Source of the DNA: an uncultured Bdellovibrionales bacterium
GTDB lineage: Bacteria; Patescibacteriota; Minisyncoccia; Moranbacterales; UBA1568
Assembly (NCBI GenBank): GCA_964612055.1
Contig: CAZTBI010000001.1
Span: forward strand, 71,957 to 135,956
Direction: 5' to 3'
Length of the DNA: 64,000 nt
Shown: positions 57,229 to 64,000 of the stretch, piece by piece
Layout: each line of letters starts with the position of its first letter
Position numbering within the stretch: position 1 is the stretch's first letter
Made by a program: the position numbers and the translations under genes
The notes under the pieces: model-generated
Databases searched by the model: none
What the model was told of the DNA's origin: nothing
What the model saw: only the letters and a program-made list of their open reading frames with translations

Positions 57229-57311
57229 CTTGATTTTTGCCTCAAAAGAAGCTAGAATAGATCGCAAGATGAAGAGTCCTTTTGAAGGGTTATGCAAATA
57301 CGGAGGTTGCA

Positions 57312-57749
57312 ATGCAACGAGTTTTTACGCTTGATGGACAGCTCAGCGTTCCGGTGGAGCCTTCCGTCGAGGCGCTTCTCGAAGAAGTCGCAGGCCTGGT
57401 GGATGCGGTGTGTAGTTTCAATCGATACAACCCGCTGATACAGATGTGGTTTGCCATCGGTCCTGGCGCCAAGGACGAAGCCTACAGGAACGCCCAAAAG
57501 ATCTACGGCCTTCCTGATGTCGCCGATGAAGAACGGGAAAAGCCACATGGTCTGGTCTTTTTCTGGTCGAGGATCCGGGATCTGCTCGAGTCCGAACTGG
57601 ACAGATTGCGCAAGACGGTGGAGCCGTGCGATCATCCGTTCCTGGTGACGATGCCTCATCGAGAGGGTGGTGGCGAACCAAATGGGGATTTCATTTCCCC
57701 GGGCGAAGGGCCTTACGATCCCTTGGCGATCCATCCTTTTGCCGAATGA
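57312..57749 (+). CDS. Orphan protein with its own promoter, SD and terminator
   Basis: TTGATT-17-TAGAAT at 57230-57258; GGAGGT SD; GC-rich codons; GCGACTT..AAGTCGTTTTTT hairpin downstream. Confidence 0.6.
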   Translation: MQRVFTLDGQLSVPVEPSVEALLEEVAGLVDAVCSFNRYNPLIQMWFAIGPGAKDEAYRNAQKIYGLPDVADEEREKPHGLVFFWSRIRDLLESELDRLRKTVEPCDHPFLVTMPHREGGGEPNGDFISPGEGPYDPLAIHPFAE

Positions 57750-57867
57750 CGATGTTCTTCTGAGCGACTTATGGCCAATGGTCAGAAGTCGTTTTTTCTT
57801 TCCCCTTGCAATTCCGAGAAATTCGTGTCACAATACTTCTGCTCCATTTCGGAGCTTTTGTTGAAAT

Positions 57868-59325
57868 ATGGCCAAAGATAACGTCGTTCTCAGATTTGAT
57901 AAAGTGTCCTTCGAATACGGGCACAAAAAGCCTATTTTAGATGAGGTGAGTTTTAGCATGCGCAGTGGCTCCAAGATCACGCTCATGGGACAAAACGGCG
58001 CTGGTAAAAGCTCGCTTTTTAAGCTCATCACTGGTGAAGAAAAACCACAGAGCGGGCGTATTTCTCTTGATAGGGATGCTGTGGTAGCTATCGGTCGCCA
58101 GACGATTCCGCGCGATCAGCTCGATATGACAGTGGAAGATTTTTTCCAACAGTTTTTTCATGAGAAGAAGTGGAACCTTCCCGCTTTGATCAAGGATGTT
58201 TTGGAAGTGGTCAATCTGCCGGTGCCGCCGCTTGAGAAAAAGATCCGTCAATTTTCTGGTGGTCAGCAGGCACGCTTGCTTCTTGCCTCAGCACTTATTC
58301 AGGATCCAGACATCCTGCTCCTTGATGAACCGACCAACAACCTTGATTACGCTGGTATCTCACACCTGACGCAGTTTCTGATCGATTACAAGAAGACGGT
58401 TATCGTCATTTCTCACGATGCGGAGTTTTTGAATGCTTTTACCGAGGGCGTGTTTTACCTTGATGTTTTCACTCATCAAATTGAGCAGTACACGGGTAAC
58501 TACTATGACGTGGTAGAGGAGATCGCTAGACGTATTGCCAAGGCGCAGAGCGAAAACGTTCGTTTGGAGCGTACCATACAGGAAAAGAAAGATCAGGCGA
58601 ACGTCTTTGCCAACAAAGGAGGAAAGCTCCGTGCTGTCGCGAAGCGGATGCGTACATTGGCTGAAGAGCTTGAAGAGAACAAAGTCGACGTCCGTCGTGA
58701 AGATAAAACACTTTCTCCTTTTGAAATTTCTACCAATGATGTCGTGGGACCGATTGTGAATATCAAAACGGTTTCGGTTTTGGGTGAGTTTGGTCCCAAT
58801 ATCAAACGAGTTGACATGATACTGAAGAAAAATACTCACCTCGTTGTCTCTGGTCCAAACGGTATTGGCAAGAGCACGTTTCTCGAAGAATTGGCGACGG
58901 GCAATACCGAACGCGCTGAAATTACACCGGGCGTGAAAGTCGGTTACTACCGCCAGGATTTCTCGACGCTTGATTTTGATAAAACAGTAGCAGAGACGCT
59001 CCTTGCTTCACTTCCAGAGAAGAATACTGAATTGGCCTACAAAGTGGCAACGAAATTTCTGGTGCCGTCTGAGCTCCTCCAGAACAAAGTCGCCAGTCTT
59101 TCAGAGGGACAGAAGGGACTCCTTATGTTTGCCTGTCTCTACGCCGAAAAGCCAGACCTTCTCATTCTTGATGAACCGACAAACCATATCAACTTTCGTC
59201 ATTTACCAGTGATTGCTGAGGCGCTCGACAATTACAAAGGCGCTCTGATACTAGTTTCCCACGTTCCAGACTTTGTAGCGCAAATCCGCATCGACGAAGT
59301 GTTGGATTTGGAATCTTTGAGCTAG
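57868..59325 (+). CDS. ABC-F family ATPase
   Basis: Two NBDs (GQNGAGKS/FSGGQ/LLLDEPTN; GPNGIGKS/LSEGQ/LILDEPTN), no TM helices. Confidence 0.93.
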   Translation: MAKDNVVLRFDKVSFEYGHKKPILDEVSFSMRSGSKITLMGQNGAGKSSLFKLITGEEKPQSGRISLDRDAVVAIGRQTIPRDQLDMTVEDFFQQFFHEKKWNLPALIKDVLEVVNLPVPPLEKKIRQFSGGQQARLLLASALIQDPDILLLDEPTNNLDYAGISHLTQFLIDYKKTVIVISHDAEFLNAFTEGVFYLDVFTHQIEQYTGNYYDVVEEIARRIAKAQSENVRLERTIQEKKDQANVFANKGGKLRAVAKRMRTLAEELEENKVDVRREDKTLSPFEISTNDVVGPIVNIKTVSVLGEFGPNIKRVDMILKKNTHLVVSGPNGIGKSTFLEELATGNTERAEITPGVKVGYYRQDFSTLDFDKTVAETLLASLPEKNTELAYKVATKFLVPSELLQNKVASLSEGQKGLLMFACLYAEKPDLLILDEPTNHINFRHLPVIAEALDNYKGALILVSHVPDFVAQIRIDEVLDLESLS

Positions 59326-59345
59326 GTGTTGTTAGGCCTGACTTC

Positions 59346-59516
59346 GGAGAAGATTTAATTTTTCTGACCACTTTCGTTTCGTCGAACATTTCTGACTCGT
59401 TCTGCCGAACAGGGAGCTAGCCGCTCGAAACCATCGCGTTACGCTCGACTGTTACCGGTTCACTCATCACAAATGTTACCGACGGCACACGGGATGCAGA
59501 AAAATCAAACCTTTCC
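59346..59516. repeat. Rod-like structured intergenic element, family B copy 2 (inverted relative to copy 1)
   Basis: Reverse complement shares ACATTTG..ATGAGTG.ACCGGTAACAGTCGAGCGTAA and TAGCTCCCTGTTCGGC..AGAAATGTTCGA with 50051-50251. Confidence 0.88.
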
Positions 59517-59567
59517 TTCGCTATACTCGGGTATTTCGGCCGTATTAGATTTTCTATGCGGCCTTGA

Positions 59568-59993
59568 TTATTTTTCCTTTTCGAAAAATATGTTCCAGAA
59601 AAGGTAGCCGGCGAGAAAGAAGCCGGCGATGAAGACAGGAATGAGGAGTGGGGGAAATTTGATGAGTGAGACTGAGAGGATGCCAACTGCCCAGAAGATA
59701 CCGAGCCACAGAAGGGGGCTCTTTTTTGTGATGTTCCAGGAAAATGAAAGATTGAGGTAGCGCCCGAGGAGGGCGGTGGCGAAAGTGGAGAGCGTGAGGA
59801 TGAGCAAGAACTTGGCGAGGCTGAAACGTGTGGTTACGAACGTTGGGAGGAGTGTTTCAATGGTGAAGAAGCCGGCAAAATAGAGGTAGCCGATGATAAG
59901 AGCTTCAACAGCGAGGGCATAGACGATATGGAGCGCTCCAGATGTGCGCCACTTTTCGAGAGAAGGGGTGAGTTGCTTGAATAAGAAATCCAT
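59568..59993 (-). CDS. 4-TM membrane protein
   Basis: Hydrophobic ORF at the end of a minus-strand operon. Confidence 0.65.
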   Translation of the reverse strand: MDFLFKQLTPSLEKWRTSGALHIVYALAVEALIIGYLYFAGFFTIETLLPTFVTTRFSLAKFLLILTLSTFATALLGRYLNLSFSWNITKKSPLLWLGIFWAVGILSVSLIKFPPLLIPVFIAGFFLAGYLFWNIFFEKEK

Positions 59994-60003
59994 AAGAGTG
60001 TTT

Positions 60004-61155
60004 TTAGGCGTCACCGAAGCGAGCGAGTAAACGTTGCTTGATTTTTGAGAGAAGCGTCATTAAGTTCTCTTGATTCTTGGCGGTTTCAAAGGAAACAGAG
60101 AGGGCACTTATTTCAACGCTAGTTTTTTGATTGGTGATTTGGAGCTCGAAATCATTACCGAAGCCCGGAGTGAGGGTAGTGATAGGGGTGGTACAGGCAA
60201 GTTTGGTACTGAAAATATTGGGCAAAAGAGAACAATGAGCAGATTGTGTACTTGCCTGTGTCGAGACGATTATTGGATGCTTGTCTGTAACGAGGAAGTC
60301 TCGATAGGTGCCAGGAAGGAGCGGTCGCTTCGTTCCTTGGTCAATCAGGTAGTAACTCTCATTATCTTGGTCGAAAAGAACTGTACCGTCAGGATGAGCG
60401 GCGCCGAGGAGAAAAATCCGGCCACGTTTGTATACCCCCAGTTCTTCTTCGCTCGCTTCGATGACGTCCTGGAAGTCATAGCCCAGTGCCAGGAAAATTT
60501 CAGCACTTCCTACTGGACGGGCTTCGGTTTCACTGGTCACTACAAAGACGCCCATGGCATTGGCGAGAAGCGACCCGATACGGAAACCAAGCCACTCTTC
60601 TGACACAGGGTAACGTTCGAGGAGTGTATCATCAGATGCTTCGGCGTATTCTTCGGGAAAGCGGGAGAGATAGGCTGCTTCGCTTACGAAGGGGAAGAGG
60701 GTGTCGCTGCGAAGAGCGTAATAAGTGCCGTCAATGACGTACAGATTTTCTTTTGGGAAGTCAGTGACTGGGGCGCCAGTCGGGTAGAAGAAGCTCTGAT
60801 AGGAGCGGCGTAGGGAAAAATCGAGTGTTTCCGGTACGGCAGAATTCTTTTCCAGGGTGACGCTTGCTTTGACGAGTGAGAAGTCGCCAACGACGGCAGT
60901 GTCTGCGACCAGGGTTCCGCCCTGTTCAATTTTGCCGTTGCTGCGGTCAGTATTATCTGGAGAGCGTGGCAGGAGGATGGTGTTTTTACTGGCGCTGGCT
61001 GAGCGAAAATCAAAACCTTGCTCGATGGTTGGGAAAAAGACATTGAGAGCGAGTAGAATCGTCAGGATGATGATTCCAAGATAGAGGAGGGCGCGGAGCT
61101 TGTGATAGCGACTCTGCCAGTGTTCCGGGATGACGATCGGTGAGGGGAAAAACAT
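60004..61155 (-). CDS. Membrane-anchored extracellular protein with repeated small beta domains
   Basis: N-terminal TM; repeats such as R.VGSAEIFLALGYDF.DV and PDGTVL...YYLI. Confidence 0.65.
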   Translation of the reverse strand: MFFPSPIVIPEHWQSRYHKLRALLYLGIIILTILLALNVFFPTIEQGFDFRSASASKNTILLPRSPDNTDRSNGKIEQGGTLVADTAVVGDFSLVKASVTLEKNSAVPETLDFSLRRSYQSFFYPTGAPVTDFPKENLYVIDGTYYALRSDTLFPFVSEAAYLSRFPEEYAEASDDTLLERYPVSEEWLGFRIGSLLANAMGVFVVTSETEARPVGSAEIFLALGYDFQDVIEASEEELGVYKRGRIFLLGAAHPDGTVLFDQDNESYYLIDQGTKRPLLPGTYRDFLVTDKHPIIVSTQASTQSAHCSLLPNIFSTKLACTTPITTLTPGFGNDFELQITNQKTSVEISALSVSFETAKNQENLMTLLSKIKQRLLARFGDA

Positions 61156-61164
61156 AGAGCGGTG

Positions 61165-62952
61165 TTAGTAAATTTGAAAGAGGAAGTTCTTAGTTTCAGG
61201 GCTGATTTTTTCCGGGAGACGGAAAGGTACTTCTTCGGAGAGGGTGATATTTTCGAGCTGCTCCAAAGAAAAGGTGAAGGATTTTTTGAATACCAGGCGA
61301 TCACCAAAGACTGCGGCATAACGACCCTGACTTTCTTCTGGTGTCAGGAGGTAGATGTGATCAAAATGTGTCGTGTCGAGGGCAGAAAGGTCGTAAGGGT
61401 TGAAGAAGTAAACGGTATTCTTTCCGAAGAGGAACTGGCCGGGACCAGAAAGCATGAAGAAGCCGTTTCCGGTAGCGTTCTGATCAACTAGGATGAGATC
61501 TTTGTCCGAAAATTCCTGGCTGAAAAGAGCGATCTGATCTTTCAGTCCGCGTCCTTCGGCGAAGGTAAGCTGCGTGCTCCAGGCAGGGTACTGGAGAAGA
61601 ATGAGACCAAGAAAAATAATCGTCACGAGAAGAAGTCTTTTCCCCCTTGGTTGTTCGAAGAGGGAAGTTTTTTCTTTGGCGAAAAGGAAAGCTATGCCTA
61701 CGACAGCTGAAAAGAGGAGGGTCGGAAAAAGTGAGAAGAGATAACGCCTGAGCATCCAAGGATGATCAGGGGTAATATTGGGGTGGAAAAGATAGAGAAA
61801 GGTTGGGAGAGCGATGAAAGTGGGAATCAAGAGGAGCCAGCGTTTTTTCTTGAGAAAAAGAAGGATGCCGAAGAATCCGAGGAGGGCGAGAGCCAGTAAT
61901 CCGTAGAGAAAAAAGATGGAACCGAGGCCAAGTGATGCGCCTTGTTCGATGACGCTTTCATTTGAGCCTGAAAAGCCACGAAGAAATTTGAAGAGCGCTT
62001 TCCCGATCATCTTGTAGTAAGGGAGGTTGATGAAGAAGTCGCGCAAGAAAAAGAACGTAAAAAGAAGTCCTGGAATGACGATGCTTTTCCAAGGATAGGT
62101 ACGGAAGATGGCCCGAGTATGAGGATGAAGAGCGATGAGTAAAAGAGCGAGACCAAGGAAAGCAAACCCCTCAATTCGAGTAAAGGCAAAAAGGGCTCCA
62201 GAGAGTAGGATGCCAGCATAGAAAAGAAATTTTCCCTCACGAAAGAAGAGGACGAGATTGTAGACGAGAAAAATAAAGAGGAAGACAGCCAGGTTTTCGG
62301 TCAGAGTAATTTTGGCGAACCAGCTTGGGAGGAAAGAGGTCATGGCAAGGAGGAGTCCAGCTCCCGCATAGTAGGGGTGAACAAAGAGGCGCAAGAGTTG
62401 ATAGAAAAAGAAAAGCGCGAGGAAGAGGAGTATGGCATTGCCGATGGCGAATCCATGTATCCCAAAGAGTGAGACGAAGCTTCCAAGCCAGGCGGTATAA
62501 CCGAGTGGAAATTGGGTCAGAAGATAACCCTCTTTGGTATACGCGAAGCCAGGGAAGTTGAGGGCGGTCCCAGCGCCATAGATCTGGAAGAAGCTGTCGC
62601 TTGCCGGGGTAGAAAAGGCGAGTTCGGTGTTTTGAGCTAAACGATAGGCGGCCTCGGCGATAGAGCCCTGGTCGCGGCCAGAGAACAAGGTTGGTTCGGA
62701 AACGAATCCAACAAAGACAGCGTAGAGGAGAGTGGTAATAAAAACAACACGGAGATCGAGTGCCGCGAAACGAATGAGTTTGAAGGAGATGAGAAAAACG
62801 AGCGTGGCAAAAAGAACGAATCCAGTCACGAGGAGTGGAAAGAGAAAAAGGCTACCAAGTGTCAGACAGAAAGCAAACCACCCGAAGACGACAAAAGAAA
62901 GTCCGAAGAGCGCGATGAGACTGTCGGTTTTTTCGAGGGAAAGAAGTTTCAT
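61165..62952 (-). CDS. GT-C-like polytopic membrane glycosyltransferase
   Basis: GRDQG loop after the first TMs, QFPLGY, TEN, RIEG, W..RRY. Confidence 0.6.
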   Translation of the reverse strand: MKLLSLEKTDSLIALFGLSFVVFGWFAFCLTLGSLFLFPLLVTGFVLFATLVFLISFKLIRFAALDLRVVFITTLLYAVFVGFVSEPTLFSGRDQGSIAEAAYRLAQNTELAFSTPASDSFFQIYGAGTALNFPGFAYTKEGYLLTQFPLGYTAWLGSFVSLFGIHGFAIGNAILLFLALFFFYQLLRLFVHPYYAGAGLLLAMTSFLPSWFAKITLTENLAVFLFIFLVYNLVLFFREGKFLFYAGILLSGALFAFTRIEGFAFLGLALLLIALHPHTRAIFRTYPWKSIVIPGLLFTFFFLRDFFINLPYYKMIGKALFKFLRGFSGSNESVIEQGASLGLGSIFFLYGLLALALLGFFGILLFLKKKRWLLLIPTFIALPTFLYLFHPNITPDHPWMLRRYLFSLFPTLLFSAVVGIAFLFAKEKTSLFEQPRGKRLLLVTIIFLGLILLQYPAWSTQLTFAEGRGLKDQIALFSQEFSDKDLILVDQNATGNGFFMLSGPGQFLFGKNTVYFFNPYDLSALDTTHFDHIYLLTPEESQGRYAAVFGDRLVFKKSFTFSLEQLENITLSEEVPFRLPEKISPETKNFLFQIY

Positions 62953-63076
62953 ATCGCTTTTAGTATACCTCAAAAGGGGCATGTCTTTCAATTCTTTTCC
63001 TGTTTGCCAATGGCCGGTTGAGAGGTTACAATACAGAGAAAAGAATAGGCAGGTCTGTTTTTGTCTCGACCCACTC

Positions 63077-64000
63077 ATGAATCGATATTTTTTTCTTTGG
63101 TACTACACAAAAGGACTTTTTTCTTCCGGGACACTTTCCTGGAATCTGGTTCGTTTTGTCGTCTGGAAGTTTCATATCTTTGGCCTTCTCGCTACGCTTA
63201 TTTCTCCGTGGAAGAGAGACGTGACATTCAAGGATTGGCGTGGGCTGCATCCGGTGAAGTCGCTCCAACTCATCTTTGAAAATCTCATTTCTCGTTTTCT
63301 CGGGATGATGCTCCGTCTCGTGGTGATCGGAGCGGGTATTGTCGTCTTGGTACTGGTTTTGATTTCGAGTCTGGCAGCGTTTCTTTTGTATACGCTTGCG
63401 CCGCTGTCTCTTGCTTTTGGAATAGTGTTTCTTTTGATGGCGCCGACCTTTGGGATAGTGCTCCTTGCGGCTGGTATTGTTGGGGTGATGGCGGCCTTTG
63501 TCGGATACCTGTTTCGTGAGCAGGATGAGCCAGAGACGACAGACATGGCGAAGCTTTGTCACCGACCTTGGTTTGAGAGGCTCTTAGGGAGATTAGGCCT
63601 TGAAAAGAAAGAACTTGGCAGGGAGCTTTTGACCGATACCGAAGCTTTTGTCGATTATCTTACTTCTTTGGGTCTCAATCGGGAGATATTCGAACAAGCG
63701 GTCTTGATAGAACGGACTGCCGCCTTGGCGCGCGCCAGGAAGGGACAGTTTCTTTCTTGGGAGAACCTTCACAAGAGCACGCCTATCGGCAAAGGTTGGC
63801 AGTATGCCTATACGCCTCATCTCGATCGCTACTCTCTCGATCTCTCGGCCTTTGATCCGACGGAGTACCGGAATCTTGTTTTGGTCGGAAGAGAAGACGA
63901 GTTGCGAGTGGCAACCCTAGTATTGGAACGGCCAGCGCAGAACAGCGTCTTTTTGGTCGGTGACCCTGGTATTGGCAAGAAGACGTTGGTGCATCATTTG
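63077..64000 (+). CDS. ClpA/ClpC-like AAA+ ATPase with N-terminal membrane domain (3'-truncated; absent from the ORF track)
   Basis: Open frame from ATG 63077 to the window end: MNRYFFLWYY..., hydrophobic stretch, then VGREDEL...LERPAQNSVFLVGDPGIGKKT. Confidence 0.85.
   Translation, partial: MNRYFFLWYYTKGLFSSGTLSWNLVRFVVWKFHIFGLLATLISPWKRDVTFKDWRGLHPVKSLQLIFENLISRFLGMMLRLVVIGAGIVVLVLVLISSLAAFLLYTLAPLSLAFGIVFLLMAPTFGIVLLAAGIVGVMAAFVGYLFREQDEPETTDMAKLCHRPWFERLLGRLGLEKKELGRELLTDTEAFVDYLTSLGLNREIFEQAVLIERTAALARARKGQFLSWENLHKSTPIGKGWQYAYTPHLDRYSLDLSAFDPTEYRNLVLVGREDELRVATLVLERPAQNSVFLVGDPGIGKKTLVHHL

Noticed and set aside
59417-59686. ORF sharing SVTFVMS.PVTVERN with 49754-50296
   Set aside because: Translation of the family B repeat; overlaps the real membrane gene and is not a credible protein family.
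1-64000. CRISPR array, rRNA, integrase, transposase or prophage
   Set aside because: No regularly spaced direct repeats, rRNA-like tracts or recognisable recombinase/phage proteins were seen.

Overview
Chromosomal window from a reduced-genome bacterium, most likely Patescibacteria/CPR (Parcubacteria-like). This placement is inferred from the short SMC, short ProS, archaeal-type PyrH, VirD4-like ATPase with a CxxC-x17-CxxC domain, the separation of rplK-rplA from rplJ-rplL, and mostly SD-less start sites. TGA is used as a stop codon. Housekeeping content: gatA/gatB, secE-nusG-rplK-rplA, a dTTP-synthesis cluster (dcd-thyA-folA-kinase-tmk-dut), miaA, dnaE, rnhB, rpmF-nusB-rnc-smc-rpsP-rplJ-rplL, dnaX, proS-pyrH-ispH and envelope/quality-control genes. 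Four signals stand out. (1) At least six 140-200 nt intergenic elements closed by long stems fall into two multi-copy families (A: 3 copies; B: 2 copies) plus a singleton. They show compensatory base changes and conserved single-stranded motifs, and no transposase is present in the window. (2) A GIY-YIG nuclease sits between an intact tRNA-Gln, whose first 10 nt contain the nuclease stop codon, and a duplicated tRNA 5' half interrupted by nested palindromes. (3) A six-gene hydrogenase-4/Ehr-like membrane complex has lost all NiFe and all Fe-S cysteine ligands. (4) Several intact ORFs have replaced catalytic residues (GH5, HtrA paralog, Tmk). All calls come from reading motifs by eye; no database search was run.
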